Assembly (NCBI GenBank): GCA_040755455.1
Contig: JBFMAY010000010.1
Coordinates: 32,012 to 96,011, forward strand
Direction: 5' to 3'
From: Thermodesulfobacteriota bacterium
GTDB lineage: Bacteria > Desulfobacterota > Desulfobulbia > Desulfobulbales > SURF-16
Length of the DNA stretch: 64,000 bases
Shown here: piece by piece, positions 41,485-52,750 of the stretch
How the letters are laid out: each line of letters opens with the position of its first letter
Numbering within the stretch: the first letter of the stretch is position 1
The notes under the pieces: model-generated
Database searches by the model: none
What the model was told of the DNA's origin: nothing
Seen by the model: only the letters and a program-made list of their open reading frames with translations
Position numbers and translations under genes: made by a program

Positions 41485-41647
41485 CATTGACAATATCCTC
41501 ACCGGCCACATGGCTGAACATAAAGATATTGCAGCAAAAAAACACCATACATCGGCGTACTCCGCAGGGCAAGACGCAAAGAATGACAGATTCTGCGCGC
41601 CTCGTGCGGATTCGTTTTTTATCGGCTCTGGGCCAATAAACGGTTTG

Positions 41648-41917
41648 TTATTTGCGGATACCGAGTTCCTTGATGACCTGGCGGTATCTATCCAGATTTT
41701 TCCCTTTCAGGTAGTTCAGCAGCCTTCTTCTCTGCCCGACAAGCTTCAACAGACCGCGGCGTGAATGGTGGTCCTTCTTGTGGGTTTGAAAATGCTCGGT
41801 CAGATAGGTAATCCGGGCGCTGAGCAGCGCGACCTGAACCTCGGGCGAGCCGGTATCATCTTTGTGGGTTGCAAATTTCTCAATAAGTTCTTGCTTCTGA
41901 GCGGGTTCCAGTGACAC
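41648..41917 (-). CDS. rpsO: 30S ribosomal protein S15
   Basis: [22 protein letters not shown]. Confidence 0.98.
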   Translation of the reverse strand: MSLEPAQKQELIEKFATHKDDTGSPEVQVALLSARITYLTEHFQTHKKDHHSRRGLLKLVGQRRRLLNYLKGKNLDRYRQVIKELGIRK

Positions 41918-41962
41918 GATTATATCCTCCTACCAAATAATAGACATTCGTTCATTAAGATA

Positions 41963-42697
41963 TTACACGTTATTCAAACATCCTGCGATCACATCATCAA
42001 CAGGAAGCATATTTTTCAGCAAAAGTTCGCAAGCCGCCTGCCGCTCCTGCATCAAGGCCTCACCCGGCAGGGCGTTCGCCACGGTAAAACGACCGTTGCG
42101 CAATCTTCTCAGTTCGACAAGGTGAGCGCCGCAGCCAAGGGAGGTACCGATATCGGCCGCCAAGGTCCGAATATACGTCCCCTTGCCGCATACCACCCGG
42201 ATGCGCAGCAGATCATTCTGCCAGTCAAGCGCTTCAATTTCCCTGATGAAAACCGGCCTCGGTTCCTTTTCAACCTTTATGCCCTTCCTGGCATAATAAT
42301 ACAAGGGTTTTCCCTGATATTTCAAGGCAGAGAACAGCGGCGGCTGCTGAAGCTGCTCGCCGATAAACGCCGCCAGACAGGCATCAATGCCCGCCTTGCT
42401 CAGCCCGATGACATCATGCTGGCTGATCACCGTCCCGGTCAGATCCTGACTGTCAGTCTCAACCCCGAGCTTCAAGGTGGCGCTGTACTCCTTTTCCCCG
42501 TCCATAAGCTGAGGAATGATCCTGGTGGCCGGGCGGCCTGCACAGATGATAAGCAGGCCTGAAGCAAAAGGATCAAGGGTGCCGGTGTGCCCCACCTTCT
42601 TGATCTGCAAAGCCCGTTTGACCAACTGTACCATTTTAAAGGAGGTAGGGCCAACTGGTTTATCTATCAGGAAAACTCCCGGCGGAACCGCTTGCAT
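41963..42697 (-). CDS. truB: tRNA pseudouridine(55) synthase
   Basis: KVGHTGTLDPFASG, CGKGTYIRTLA. Confidence 0.96.
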   Translation of the reverse strand: MQAVPPGVFLIDKPVGPTSFKMVQLVKRALQIKKVGHTGTLDPFASGLLIICAGRPATRIIPQLMDGEKEYSATLKLGVETDSQDLTGTVISQHDVIGLSKAGIDACLAAFIGEQLQQPPLFSALKYQGKPLYYYARKGIKVEKEPRPVFIREIEALDWQNDLLRIRVVCGKGTYIRTLAADIGTSLGCGAHLVELRRLRNGRFTVANALPGEALMQERQAACELLLKNMLPVDDVIAGCLNNV

Positions 42698-43675
42698 CTA
42701 CTTCTGGGGCGTTGCCAGCAGGACATGCAACTCAGCCAAAAGCTCCTTGTGCACTTCGGCAAAAGTTTTACCGTGCGACTTGAAACCCGCGGCATTACGG
42801 TGCCCCCCTCCGCCAAACACCCGCGCCACCTGCGCCACATCATATTGCGCTTTGGAACGCAGGCTCACCCCGATATGCCCTTTTGCTTCTTTAATAAAGG
42901 CGGCAACTTTTACCGTTTCAAGGGACCGGGGGTAATTGATGAATAACTCCGTGTCCGCGGCAGTGGTGCCGGTCTTTTCATACATTTCCCGGGTCACGGT
43001 TATCACCGCCAGCTGCTCCTCCTCATAAAGCGTTAAGGTCGCCAGTACTTCCTGAAGAAGCTGCAAACGGTTCCGGGTAAAGTTATCAAAAATTTTCCCT
43101 GATATCTCGGCAGGCTTGACCCCCCTGGCTATCAAATCCCCGGCAATGCGCAGGGTATCGGCGGATGTTGACGCATACTTGAATGAGCCGGTATCGGATA
43201 CAATGGCGGAATAAAGACAATAGGCAGTGTCATAGTCAATGTTGGCGCCCATGGACTGGGCCAGTTCATACACCATCTCGCCTGTTGATGATTTGCCGGC
43301 GTCAACCCAGCGGATATCACCGAAATTCTTATGGCCCGTGTGATGATCAAGGACCACAAAGGGATGAATATTGAGCAGATAGTCCTTTACCTTACCCAGC
43401 CGCATGTCATCGCCGCAATCCAAGGCCACGCCGCAGTCAAATTGATCAAGTTCCGGCAGGCCGATGCTCAGCTTGTCGGAGCCGGGCAGAAACTCAAGAA
43501 TATAATGCGCCGGCTCCTCGCTGTAAAGATAGACCCTCTTGCCCATGGCCCGTAAAATATTACCCAGGGCGAGCTGGGCTCCCAACGCATCGGCATCGGG
43601 AAAGACATGCGTTGCAATGAGAACATTTCCGGCCTGGCGCAGGACAGGAATGATTTCAGACAGAGCCTGGTTCAT
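42698..43675 (-). CDS. nrnA: DHH/DHHA1 oligoribonuclease/pAp phosphatase (NrnA family)
   Basis: H..PDAD, LDC, DHH, DTGSF, SLRS, GGGH. Confidence 0.88.
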   Translation of the reverse strand: MNQALSEIIPVLRQAGNVLIATHVFPDADALGAQLALGNILRAMGKRVYLYSEEPAHYILEFLPGSDKLSIGLPELDQFDCGVALDCGDDMRLGKVKDYLLNIHPFVVLDHHTGHKNFGDIRWVDAGKSSTGEMVYELAQSMGANIDYDTAYCLYSAIVSDTGSFKYASTSADTLRIAGDLIARGVKPAEISGKIFDNFTRNRLQLLQEVLATLTLYEEEQLAVITVTREMYEKTGTTAADTELFINYPRSLETVKVAAFIKEAKGHIGVSLRSKAQYDVAQVARVFGGGGHRNAAGFKSHGKTFAEVHKELLAELHVLLATPQK

Positions 43676-44066
43676 TTTCGCTGGCTATCTCCTGAAAGAT
43701 TTTTTGCATCTTCTCATCATACTCTATTGACGGGTCAGAAAAAAAGACTAATTCCGGCACATACCGCATCTGCAGCGCCTTGGCCAGGTAGCTGCGCATA
43801 AAACCTTTTGCCCTCTGCAACCCGGAACTCACCTTATTGGCCATTTCCGGTGCGCAGGCATAATAGATCTTGGCCCGGCTCAAATCATTGCTCACTTCCA
43901 CATGGATAATGGTGACATTCTGCAGAGCAGGGTCCTTCACATTATAGAGGAGCAGGGCGGATATCTCATTTCTGATCGCCTCCGCCACCCTGACCGGACG
44001 CCTCTTAGGCGTGGATGCCAGCCCGTCAGGCAACTTGAATCGTGATCTGTCCTTTGCTGCGGCCAT
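43656..44066 (-). CDS. rbfA: Ribosome-binding factor A
   Basis: RVAEAIR, KDP, VS.DLS.AKIY, RYVPEL.F. Confidence 0.93.
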   Translation of the reverse strand: MAAAKDRSRFKLPDGLASTPKRRPVRVAEAIRNEISALLLYNVKDPALQNVTIIHVEVSNDLSRAKIYYACAPEMANKVSSGLQRAKGFMRSYLAKALQMRYVPELVFFSDPSIEYDEKMQKIFQEIASENEPGSV

Positions 44067-44089
44067 AACGTTGCCTTGCAGAGGAGGGC

Positions 44090-46993
44090 TTACAGCTCCG
44101 CCTCTGTCTTCTCCATGATAAAACCCTCAAGCTGGTCACCCACCTTGATGTCATTGTAATTTTCTATGCCCACGCCGCACTCATACCCTGCCTGTACTTC
44201 CTTTGCATCATCCTTAAAGCGTTTAAGGGATGATATCCTACCGGTGAAGACTACGATCCCGTCCCGCAGAAGACGCACATGGGCATTGCGCTCAATCCTG
44301 CCATCCAGCACATAACAGCCTGCGATTGTCCCGATTTTGGGGACATGGAAAGTCTCCCGGACCTCAACCTTGCCAATAACCTTTTCCTCAAAGGTCGGTT
44401 CAAGCAGGCCGACCATGGCCTTCTTGATATCATCCAAGGCATGATAAATAACGTCATAGAAACGCAGATCAACATTTTCGGCTTTGGCCAGATCTGCCAC
44501 CTTGCCGCTCGGTCGCACATTAAAGCCGATGATCAGGGCATCTGAAGCAGCCGCCAGCAGAACGTCGGATTCGATGATTGTACCGGTGCCGGCATGCAGA
44601 ATCTTCACCTTGATCGCATCCGTGCTCAACTCCTGAATAGCCTTGCCAAAGGCCTCCAGGGTACCCTGCACATCAGCGCGCAGCACAACCCGCAGCTCTT
44701 TCACCTCACCTTCCTGCAGCTTCTCAAAGAGATTTTCCAGGGAAATCTTCGTGCTGCTGGCAAGTTCCGTCTCACGGCTCTTCAACTGCCTGTCGCTGCT
44801 GACGCTTCTTGCCATTTTCTCATCCGGCACAACCACAAATTCATCGCCGGCCTTGGGCACTCCGCTCAGTCCCTGGATCTCGACCGGCATTGACGGGCCA
44901 GCCTCATTGATTTTGCGGCCCTTGTCGTCCGTCAGCGACCGTACCTTGCCGTGATAAATACCGGCGACAAAATGGTCCCCGACCCGCAATGTTCCATGCT
45001 GGATAAGCACCGTGGCCACGGGACCCCGGCCTTTGTGTAGTTGGGCCTCAATAACCCAGCCCTTGGCCCGCCGCTTCGGATCGGCCTTCAGCTCCAGAAT
45101 CTCGGTCTGCAGGATGATGCTTTCCACCAGCTCATCTATGCCTATACCCTGTTTGGCCGATGTTTCACAATAAATTGTCTCACCGCCCCATTCTTCCGGC
45201 ACCAGATTGAGTTCAGCCAGCTCACGTTTCACCCTGGCCGGATCCGCATCTGGCTTATCAATCTTATTGACGGCGACCAGGATCGGCACTCCCGCTGCCT
45301 TGGCATGGTTGATTGCCTCCTTGGTCTGATCCATGACCCCGTCGTCTGCGGCAACAACCAGCACGACCACGTCAGTGACCTGGGCGCCGCGGGAACGCAT
45401 TTCGGTAAACGCCGCATGGCCAGGCGTGTCAAGAAAGACCAGATCGCCCTTCAGGGAACGCACATAATGGGCACCAATATGCTGGGTGATGCCGCCCGCC
45501 TCGCCGGCTGCGACATCGGTATTGCGGATGGCGTCAAGGATGGATGTTTTGCCGTGATCAACATGGCCCATAACCGTGACAACTGGAGGCCGGGGAATCG
45601 CCATGCCGCCGCTTTCCGACTCTTCAAAATTGATGATGGACTGTTCTTCAGTAACGCCCTGTTCCACCTCAAAACCGAAATCAGCGGCAACAAGCATTGC
45701 CGTATCCACATCAAGGGCCTGATTGACCGTGGCCATGATGCCGAGGCCGATGAGCTTTGCGATAATCTCACTGGCCTTTACCCCCATGCGGTGGGCAAGG
45801 TCGCCGACGGAAATAGTCTCCAGCACCTTGATGCGCTTCTTGATAGCTTTTGTTTCACTGACAAGCAGCTCGGCATCATCACGTTTCTTCTTCTTATGGC
45901 CGCCGCCCCTGTGCCCACGGATAACGCGCACCCCGGAGGCGATGCGTGCCCCTAGCTGGCCGATTTCATCCACATCCACGTCAACCCCGTCTTTTCTCTT
46001 GGCGCCTTTCTTGAAACGGGCAAGACCCGGCTCAGGACTGAACTTCACAAAGCGTTTTCCCTTCTTGGCTTTGCCTTTGCCTTTGCCGAGATCTTCATCA
46101 ACAACTGCTTCGGGTTCAATTTCCGGGCGCACAACAACTTTCGGCTTCTTCGGCTTTTCAATCTTTTTGGCACGCAGCTTGGTTTCGTCAACGGGGAGAG
46201 GAATTTCCGTCCGCCCGATGATTTTGGCCAGCCCCTTTTTCCGCTTGGGCAAGGGTGCGATTTCTTCTCTCTTCTGCACCTCGTCTGCCAGCGTAATCAC
46301 CTCCTGCGATTCAGCAGACACCGCCTCATCCCGCAGGCTCTCTTCCGGCGCCAGCTCCAGCGGTTCATGCTCGGGCAGGCTTTCCTTTTCAGGCGCAGCC
46401 GCGGCCGCTGATTCGGGCATAACTCCTTCTGACCCTTCCGGCACTGCCCCTTTCTTTTCAGGGATCTGCTCCACGATTACGCCTGAAACCTCAACTGCGG
46501 GCGGCTCGGAGGATGTGACTTCCTTTTCCTCTGCGGCAACAGGCGGCTCAACAATAACCCTTTTTGCCTTGCTCGGAGCAGCAGACGCTTCCGGAACGGT
46601 CTTTTCCCCGGTCAGCGTAGCAGCCTCTTGCACGGACGGCTTTTCTTCTGTCGTCGGCATAATTGGCTGCGGCTTAAACTCATCTGCCGGTTCAATCCTT
46701 GTTTCCGGAGCAATAACCTCTGGCGCTTCCTTATCCAGGGTTTCTTCAGCTACTTCCGGAACCGCATGGGTCCGCCTGCGGATAATCGTAGTACGGCCTT
46801 TGCTCTCAATTCTTTTTTCTTGTACCTCGACCTTTTTAAAACCCAGTCTGGTGCGGATTTCTTCAGCCATATCATCTTCAAGAGTGGAGTTATAGGCTCG
46901 AACATTGTAGCCTAATTCAATGAGTTGCGCAGTCAGAGTCTTACTTTCAACCCCGGCTTCTTTCGCCAACTCGTATACCCGGATTTTTCCCAT
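44090..46993 (-). CDS. infB: Translation initiation factor IF-2
   Basis: [25 protein letters not shown]. Confidence 0.98.
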   Translation of the reverse strand: MGKIRVYELAKEAGVESKTLTAQLIELGYNVRAYNSTLEDDMAEEIRTRLGFKKVEVQEKRIESKGRTTIIRRRTHAVPEVAEETLDKEAPEVIAPETRIEPADEFKPQPIMPTTEEKPSVQEAATLTGEKTVPEASAAPSKAKRVIVEPPVAAEEKEVTSSEPPAVEVSGVIVEQIPEKKGAVPEGSEGVMPESAAAAAPEKESLPEHEPLELAPEESLRDEAVSAESQEVITLADEVQKREEIAPLPKRKKGLAKIIGRTEIPLPVDETKLRAKKIEKPKKPKVVVRPEIEPEAVVDEDLGKGKGKAKKGKRFVKFSPEPGLARFKKGAKRKDGVDVDVDEIGQLGARIASGVRVIRGHRGGGHKKKKRDDAELLVSETKAIKKRIKVLETISVGDLAHRMGVKASEIIAKLIGLGIMATVNQALDVDTAMLVAADFGFEVEQGVTEEQSIINFEESESGGMAIPRPPVVTVMGHVDHGKTSILDAIRNTDVAAGEAGGITQHIGAHYVRSLKGDLVFLDTPGHAAFTEMRSRGAQVTDVVVLVVAADDGVMDQTKEAINHAKAAGVPILVAVNKIDKPDADPARVKRELAELNLVPEEWGGETIYCETSAKQGIGIDELVESIILQTEILELKADPKRRAKGWVIEAQLHKGRGPVATVLIQHGTLRVGDHFVAGIYHGKVRSLTDDKGRKINEAGPSMPVEIQGLSGVPKAGDEFVVVPDEKMARSVSSDRQLKSRETELASSTKISLENLFEKLQEGEVKELRVVLRADVQGTLEAFGKAIQELSTDAIKVKILHAGTGTIIESDVLLAAASDALIIGFNVRPSGKVADLAKAENVDLRFYDVIYHALDDIKKAMVGLLEPTFEEKVIGKVEVRETFHVPKIGTIAGCYVLDGRIERNAHVRLLRDGIVVFTGRISSLKRFKDDAKEVQAGYECGVGIENYNDIKVGDQLEGFIMEKTEAEL

Positions 46994-47032
46994 TATGTGC
47001 TCCTGATACTTCCCTGCTGCTCTATTTTACAG

Positions 47033-47314
47033 CTAACTTTTCATAAAGGTGTTCATCAAGGACATGCTATCATCTTGCCACAGCGGACTAACACAGTGCA
47101 GTGCTCTGGCCAGTTTTTTTGCTTTTTTGATCAGATCGCGCAGACATTTTTCCTGCCGGCAGCAATAAGCTCCCCTGCCGGTAAGCCTGCATTGATCATC
47201 AACAGCTATTTGGCCATTAACAACTGCAAATCGTACGAAATGATGTTTTTGTCCCTTTTTTCCACACCCGAGACATGTCCTGATCGGCGCTATTTTTTCC
47301 CCCTGCCGACACAC
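47033..47314 (-). CDS. ylxR: YlxR/DUF448 RNA-binding protein
   Basis: PIRTCLGC, GRGAYCC; between nusA and infB. Confidence 0.85.
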   Translation of the reverse strand: MCRQGEKIAPIRTCLGCGKKGQKHHFVRFAVVNGQIAVDDQCRLTGRGAYCCRQEKCLRDLIKKAKKLARALHCVSPLWQDDSMSLMNTFMKS

Positions 47315-47317
47315 CTG

Positions 47318-48616
47318 TTACAGCTTCCCGCCCATCGCCGGGTCGAGAGTGTTTTCCATGCCTGCTTCCTGCGAGTCAGCTGCATTCAGAGATCTACTGG
47401 CCTCATCCTTGAGAATCTGCGCGTCATCTTCGCCAAATCCCACCAGTTGCATCAGGTCAGCCACCTCAGCGCTAGCCAGTTCCTGGGCCGAGTTTATTCC
47501 GCCATCATAAAGAGTTTCGGCCAGTTTTTCATTCATGCCGCGGATACGCATCATGGATTGGAAACCCGTCTCCATCATCTTGGCATAGCGCTGCTCGCTC
47601 TTCACATCAATGCGCCAACTAAGCAACTGGGAGGCCAACCGGACATTCTGCCCCTGCCTGCCGATGGCAAGCGAAAGCTGATCATCCGGCACGACAACAA
47701 GCAACGTCTTTTTGTCCTCATCAACAACAACCATGGAAACCTGGGCTGGAGCCAGGGCGTTTGATACATACTTTGCCGGATCAGGGCTCCAGGGAACGAT
47801 GTCTATCTTTTCGCCCTGCAGCTCCTGCACCACATTCTGCACCCGGGATCCCTTCATGCCAACGCAGGCCCCAACCGGATCAACATCAGGCTCGGATGAG
47901 GCGACGGCAATTTTTGCCCTCGATCCCGGTTCACGGCAGGCATTAATGATCTTAACTATCCCCTCGGCGATTTCCGGCACCTCCATCTCAAAGAGCTTCA
48001 CCAAAAATTCATTGCAGGTGCGGCTTAAAATCAACTGATGGTCACGGACATCCTGCCGGACCTCCATGAGATAGGCGCGTATCCGGTCACCCTGTCTATA
48101 GGAGCGCCTGGGCATCTGTTCTTTTTTCGGCAGCAAGGCATCCGTTCTGCCCAGATTAATGATCATATTGCCCCGCTCGAAGCGCTGAACTATGCCGTTA
48201 ACGATTTCACCCTTGCGGTCCCGGTACATATCAAAGATAACGTCCCGCTCAGCATCCTTCATTTTCTGAATGATCACCTGTTTTGCCGATTGGGCGGCGA
48301 TACGGCCGAGATCGGAAACATTTTCCATCTTAGAGCCCAATTCGTCTCCGAGTTCGACCTCAGGATCAAGGCGCATGGCCTCAAGAATTGAGACCTCGGT
48401 CTGCTCATCCTCAACCCGTTCAACAACCTTGCGGAACTGGAAAAGTTCAACTTCGCCAAATTCATCATTGTATTTGACTTCTATATCCCGCCGCAGCCCA
48501 TACCTTTTTTTGGCGGCAGACAGCACAGCCTCTTCCAGCGCCTCAACAAGAAGCTGCCTATCAATCCCCTTGTCCCGGCTGATCTGGTCAATAATTCTCT
48601 TTAAATCTGATAACAT
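47318..48616 (-). CDS. nusA: Transcription termination factor NusA
   Basis: GRIAAQSAKQVI, DPVGACVG, LSLAIGRQGQNVRLA. Confidence 0.97.
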   Translation of the reverse strand: MLSDLKRIIDQISRDKGIDRQLLVEALEEAVLSAAKKRYGLRRDIEVKYNDEFGEVELFQFRKVVERVEDEQTEVSILEAMRLDPEVELGDELGSKMENVSDLGRIAAQSAKQVIIQKMKDAERDVIFDMYRDRKGEIVNGIVQRFERGNMIINLGRTDALLPKKEQMPRRSYRQGDRIRAYLMEVRQDVRDHQLILSRTCNEFLVKLFEMEVPEIAEGIVKIINACREPGSRAKIAVASSEPDVDPVGACVGMKGSRVQNVVQELQGEKIDIVPWSPDPAKYVSNALAPAQVSMVVVDEDKKTLLVVVPDDQLSLAIGRQGQNVRLASQLLSWRIDVKSEQRYAKMMETGFQSMMRIRGMNEKLAETLYDGGINSAQELASAEVADLMQLVGFGEDDAQILKDEASRSLNAADSQEAGMENTLDPAMGGKL

Positions 48617-48703
48617 CATCATTCTCCACAATATCAACCCATACAGGCTGTTATAACGGGTGAAACCGGCAAAAATATCGTAAAAAACCGCGCAGGCTCC
48701 TGT

Positions 48704-49168
48704 TTAAAACTCAATTTCAAGCCTTGCTTTACTTATCCCGCTTACAGGATAAGACATAAGACCGGCATCACTTTGCAACAAGAGAATGCCGTCCTGTACA
48801 TCCTGAATGATTCCTGTTTGGGTAAGACATTCACCGTCAGCTTCTACTGTAAGCTTGACCTTTTCGCCCTTGTTTCTACGGAAATCCTGCTCTGTCTTCA
48901 GAGGACGATCAAGGCCAGGAGATGACACCTCCAGGCAGTACTTTTGCGGGATCAAATCCTCCACATCCAGGATATGACTCAACTCCCGACTCACCTTCGC
49001 GCAATCATCCACAGACGTGCCGCCTTGTTTATAAATTACAACCCGGAGTACCCAGCCAACAGACTCCTGGCGAAATTGCACCTCAACCAGTTCTAAACAG
49101 TTTTCCGCAAGAACAGGCTCTATCAATCGTCCGACTTCTTCAACTATATGATCTTTCAGTGAAGGCAT
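48704..49168 (-). CDS. rimP: Ribosome maturation factor RimP
   Basis: DDCAKVSR, LEVSSPGLDRPL. Confidence 0.96.
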   Translation of the reverse strand: MPSLKDHIVEEVGRLIEPVLAENCLELVEVQFRQESVGWVLRVVIYKQGGTSVDDCAKVSRELSHILDVEDLIPQKYCLEVSSPGLDRPLKTEQDFRRNKGEKVKLTVEADGECLTQTGIIQDVQDGILLLQSDAGLMSYPVSGISKARLEIEF

Positions 49169-49195
49169 ACAACCCGCACAATCTGCCTATGTTAA

Positions 49196-49227
49196 AAATA
49201 AAAAAAGCGGGCATAGCCCACTTTCTC
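49196..49227 (-). promoter_or_regulatory. rimP leader hairpin/attenuator
   Basis: Minus strand AAAGTGGGC-TAT-GCCCGCTTTTTTT just upstream of rimP, the typical rimP-leader form. Confidence 0.75.
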
Positions 49228-49422
49228 TTCAGATGGCGGCAGGAACGGCCATCCACTCTCAAGGTTTCGGCACCCGGTCGACAACATGCACACCCACCCA
49301 CCAGGAAAAAGGCCTGATCTTTTTTGTGCATCAACCAAGGGTGCACAATGATGACAGAATAATCCGACCACCATACACAAGGATTAATCCCGCAACAAGC
49401 CACCGAACTCGCGATACTTTAT

Positions 49423-49498
49423 TGGAGCGGACAACGGGGTTCGAACCCGCGACACCAAGCTTGGGAAGCTTGTACTCTACCAGCTGAGCTATGTCCGC
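49423..49498 (-). tRNA. tRNA-Gly (CCC)
   Basis: GCGGACA/TGTCCGC acceptor, CAAGC-TTCCCAA-GCTTG anticodon arm, TTCGAAC T loop, CCA end. Confidence 0.97.
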
Positions 49499-49513
49499 TC
49501 ATAGGTTAATTTT

Positions 49514-49543
49514 ATACTATACTCAATTTTTTTAACTTGTCAA
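49514..49543 (-). promoter_or_regulatory. sigma70 promoter of tRNA-Gly
   Basis: TTGACA followed by TATAGT at 16 nt or TAGTAT at 18 nt. Confidence 0.65.
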
Positions 49544-49637
49544 GCAGACTGTCAGGAGGGGGGCAAGATGCAATCGCTTTTGCCGTTAATATGGGGCAAG
49601 GGAGTATGGGATTACCTTGCGGAACGTTACGGATTAT

Positions 49638-49680
49638 AAAAAAAGGCAGAGCAAATCCAACCATCTGATTCACTCTGCCT
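49638..49680 (-). terminator. nuo operon terminator
   Basis: Minus strand AGGCAGAGTGAATC...GATTTGCTCTGCC-TTTTTTT. Confidence 0.8.
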
Positions 49681-49696
49681 GATCAAGAAACGGATA

Positions 49697-51112
49697 TTAG
49701 AGTATGTTGCGAACAGCTGTCTCCGCAACTGCAAGCAGCTGTTTGGGTGCTACACCCATAAAGATAATGACGGCAATTAAAGCAATACTAACACATCGGG
49801 TTAACAGATCGACTGGCACATCCGGTCTTTCTTCAGGTGCACTACAGAATGCAACTCGAACCACTGATAAATAATAGTAAATAGCTATGGCAGTATTCAG
49901 CGCCGCAAGGATGACTAATGCAAGATGACCATCCCGCAGAGCGCCGGTAAGAAGCATGAATTTCCCCATGAAGCCGACAAAAGGCGGAATACCGGCCAGC
50001 GCCATCATCCCAACCAACAGGGTCAAGGCAAGCAGCGGAGCCCGCTTATAGAGACCGCTCATATCATCAATACTGACGTTTTCACCATTTTTTGAAACCT
50101 TGCAGATCACCAGAAAGCATGCAAGATTCATAAAAACATAACCGGCGATATAATACATTGATGTAGCGTAACCGGTATCTTTCAAGGTAAGCATGCCAAG
50201 CAGAACAAATCCTGCATGGGAAATACCGGAAAAACCGAGCATACGTTTAATGTCTGTTTGTACCAGAGCTGACAGGTTGCCGTAAAACATGGAACAAACC
50301 GCAAGCACCATCAGCATATTGACCACCGCCTCTCCGCCCGTGGGGGCAACCAGGGTGGTGATGCGGATGAGAATTGCCACTGCCCCGAGTTTAGGAATGG
50401 ATGCAATGAAGGCCGTTGTGGCATTGGATGCACCCTGGTAGACATCAGGCACCCAGAAATGAAAGGGGAAAACCGCAAGCTTATAAAAGAATCCCGACAT
50501 AAGCAGAGCAATGGCCAGCAATGCTGTAGGCGTTGCCACTAAACCATGCATCTTGGGTACCAGTTCACTGAAATAAGTCGTACCGGTCATGCCGAAAATA
50601 AAGCTCATGCCATAAAGCATGGTGCCTGTGGCAACAACACCGAAAAGAATATATTTAATCGCCGCTTCCATCTGCATCTTCATGCCGCCATGGTCATCAC
50701 GCATCGGCACCATCAGGTAAAGAGAATAGGAAGAGAGTTCAAGGGCGATAAAGAGAGAGAGAAGCTCCACGCTGCTGACCAGCATCATCAGGCCCAAAGT
50801 GCTGAGAATCATAAAGAGAAAATATTCTGGCCGCAGACGGTCATTTACTCCTTTCAATTCACCGCTGAAAAGAAGAACGGCTACAAGTCCGATGGAGATG
50901 GCCAACTTAAAGAGCTGCGAAAACATATCGATACGATAGGCGTCGTAAAAAAGACTGCCTTTCATCTGCAGGGTGGCAAGGCTCAAAAAGCATGCAGCAA
51001 TGGCCAGCACCAGCGAGGCGTGTTTCGCCAGATTTCCTTTCCCCTGCCCGAGACAGAGACAGAAGAGAACCAGACTCCCAATCAGCATTAATAACTCTGG
51101 TGCGAACAACAT
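49697..51112 (-). CDS. nuoN: NADH-quinone oxidoreductase subunit N
   Basis: ALELSS, EAAIKY, PFHFWVPDVYQGA, KRMLGFSGISH, GFMGKF, YYYL. Confidence 0.92.
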   Translation of the reverse strand: MLFAPELLMLIGSLVLFCLCLGQGKGNLAKHASLVLAIAACFLSLATLQMKGSLFYDAYRIDMFSQLFKLAISIGLVAVLLFSGELKGVNDRLRPEYFLFMILSTLGLMMLVSSVELLSLFIALELSSYSLYLMVPMRDDHGGMKMQMEAAIKYILFGVVATGTMLYGMSFIFGMTGTTYFSELVPKMHGLVATPTALLAIALLMSGFFYKLAVFPFHFWVPDVYQGASNATTAFIASIPKLGAVAILIRITTLVAPTGGEAVVNMLMVLAVCSMFYGNLSALVQTDIKRMLGFSGISHAGFVLLGMLTLKDTGYATSMYYIAGYVFMNLACFLVICKVSKNGENVSIDDMSGLYKRAPLLALTLLVGMMALAGIPPFVGFMGKFMLLTGALRDGHLALVILAALNTAIAIYYYLSVVRVAFCSAPEERPDVPVDLLTRCVSIALIAVIIFMGVAPKQLLAVAETAVRNIL

Positions 51113-51192
51113 GTGTAATCCTTATACTGTGAAATCAGCTTGCCTTAATAATTCACTACGCGGTCAAATCACCAACGTCGCCTCAACAATTG

Positions 51193-52698
51193 TCACGGCA
51201 CAATGTTCATAGCAACCTGGGCCGTTTTGGCTACATTCACCTGCTGTATCAAATAATCAACGCTTGTATGCATGACGTTTAAAAATGGTTCCGGAGCCAG
51301 ACCAATCCAGAATACAAAGCAGAGAAGAGGAGCGAGGGTAACAATCTCGCGAACATTCAGATCAGCCAGATCGGGCCGGCCAGGACCTTTGAAAAGTACA
51401 TACTGGAGGAGCCGCATCATGTAAGCTGCCGCCAGAATGGCGCCGGGAATGGCGGCACCGGCAATAATCTTATTGACACTGAACGCCCCGGCAAGTACCA
51501 GAAATTCGCCGACAAAACTGTTTGTTGCCGGAAAGGCCAGGGATGACAGTGAAAAAACAGTCAGAAAGGAAACAAAAATCGGCAGATTCTGGGCTATGCC
51601 TGAATGATCGGCAATTTCACGACTGTGTGTTCTCTCATACATCATGCCAACACAGAGAAAGAGGGCGCCGGTGGTCACGCCATGATTGATCATCTGCAGG
51701 ATCGCACCTTCCAGCCCTTGGCGATTCAGGAAGAAAATGCCTAGGGTGACAAATCCCATATGTCCCACACTGGAGTAAGCGATCAGCTTCTTCATGTCTG
51801 ATTGGGCCAGGGCAGTAAAGCCGCCATAGAGGATAGCGACAACCGACATCCACAGGACATAGGGGCCAAGGTTAAGGGTTGCCAGCGGGGTAATGGGCAG
51901 ACAGAAACGCAGAAATCCATAGGTACCCATCTTCAGCAGGATACTGGCCAGTATCACACTGCCTGCAGTGGGGGCCTCAACATGGGCGGCTGGCAACCAT
52001 GTATGGAAGGGAAACATCGGAACCTTGATGGCAAAGGCCAGGAAGAATGCGAGGAATACCCAGATCTGAAAGGTGCAGCTGTATTCCTGTCCCATCATCA
52101 TGGGAATGCTGAAGGTGCCGGTCTTGAGGTAGAGGGCGATGATGGCAACAAGAAGCATGACCGAACCTGCCAGGGTATAGAGAAAGAACTTGATTGACGC
52201 ATAGATCTTTCGCGGCCCGCCCCAGACGCCAATGAGCAGATACATCGGGATCAGCATGGCTTCCCAGAGAATATAGAAGAGGACGAAGTCGAGGGCCATG
52301 AAAACACCGAGCATGGCCGTTTCCATGAGCAGCAGACAGACCATGAACTCTTTTATTCTTATCTTGATATATGTCCAGGAACCGAGAACACATAAGGGCA
52401 TGATCAGGGTCGTCAGCAACACCAGCAGCAGGCTGATGCCGTCAATGCCTAATGTATAATTGATATTTAACGATGGTATCCAGCTTACATGCTCACCGAA
52501 TTGATACCTGGCTGTGGTTGCGTCAAACCGTGAATAGAGGGGAAGGGAGATTGCCGCTGTTACCGAGGTGACGGCCATTGCCCAGATCCGTTGCACATTT
52601 TCCCCCGGCAGAAAAAGCAGGACTAAAGCCCCTGCCAACGGGAGAAATACGATGGTGCTCAAAAGGGGAAACCCTTCATTCATTATTAAAAAATCCAT
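51193..52698 (-). CDS. nuoM: NADH-quinone oxidoreductase subunit M
   Basis: GIDGIS, WEAMLIPMY, KVPMFPFHTWLP.AHVEAPT, SFVGEF. Confidence 0.94.
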   Translation of the reverse strand: MDFLIMNEGFPLLSTIVFLPLAGALVLLFLPGENVQRIWAMAVTSVTAAISLPLYSRFDATTARYQFGEHVSWIPSLNINYTLGIDGISLLLVLLTTLIMPLCVLGSWTYIKIRIKEFMVCLLLMETAMLGVFMALDFVLFYILWEAMLIPMYLLIGVWGGPRKIYASIKFFLYTLAGSVMLLVAIIALYLKTGTFSIPMMMGQEYSCTFQIWVFLAFFLAFAIKVPMFPFHTWLPAAHVEAPTAGSVILASILLKMGTYGFLRFCLPITPLATLNLGPYVLWMSVVAILYGGFTALAQSDMKKLIAYSSVGHMGFVTLGIFFLNRQGLEGAILQMINHGVTTGALFLCVGMMYERTHSREIADHSGIAQNLPIFVSFLTVFSLSSLAFPATNSFVGEFLVLAGAFSVNKIIAGAAIPGAILAAAYMMRLLQYVLFKGPGRPDLADLNVREIVTLAPLLCFVFWIGLAPEPFLNVMHTSVDYLIQQVNVAKTAQVAMNIVP

Positions 52699-52750
52699 TC
52701 CCACTATCCTCTATTCAATATATTACAGAGAGAGTTTACCGTTCGATCCC

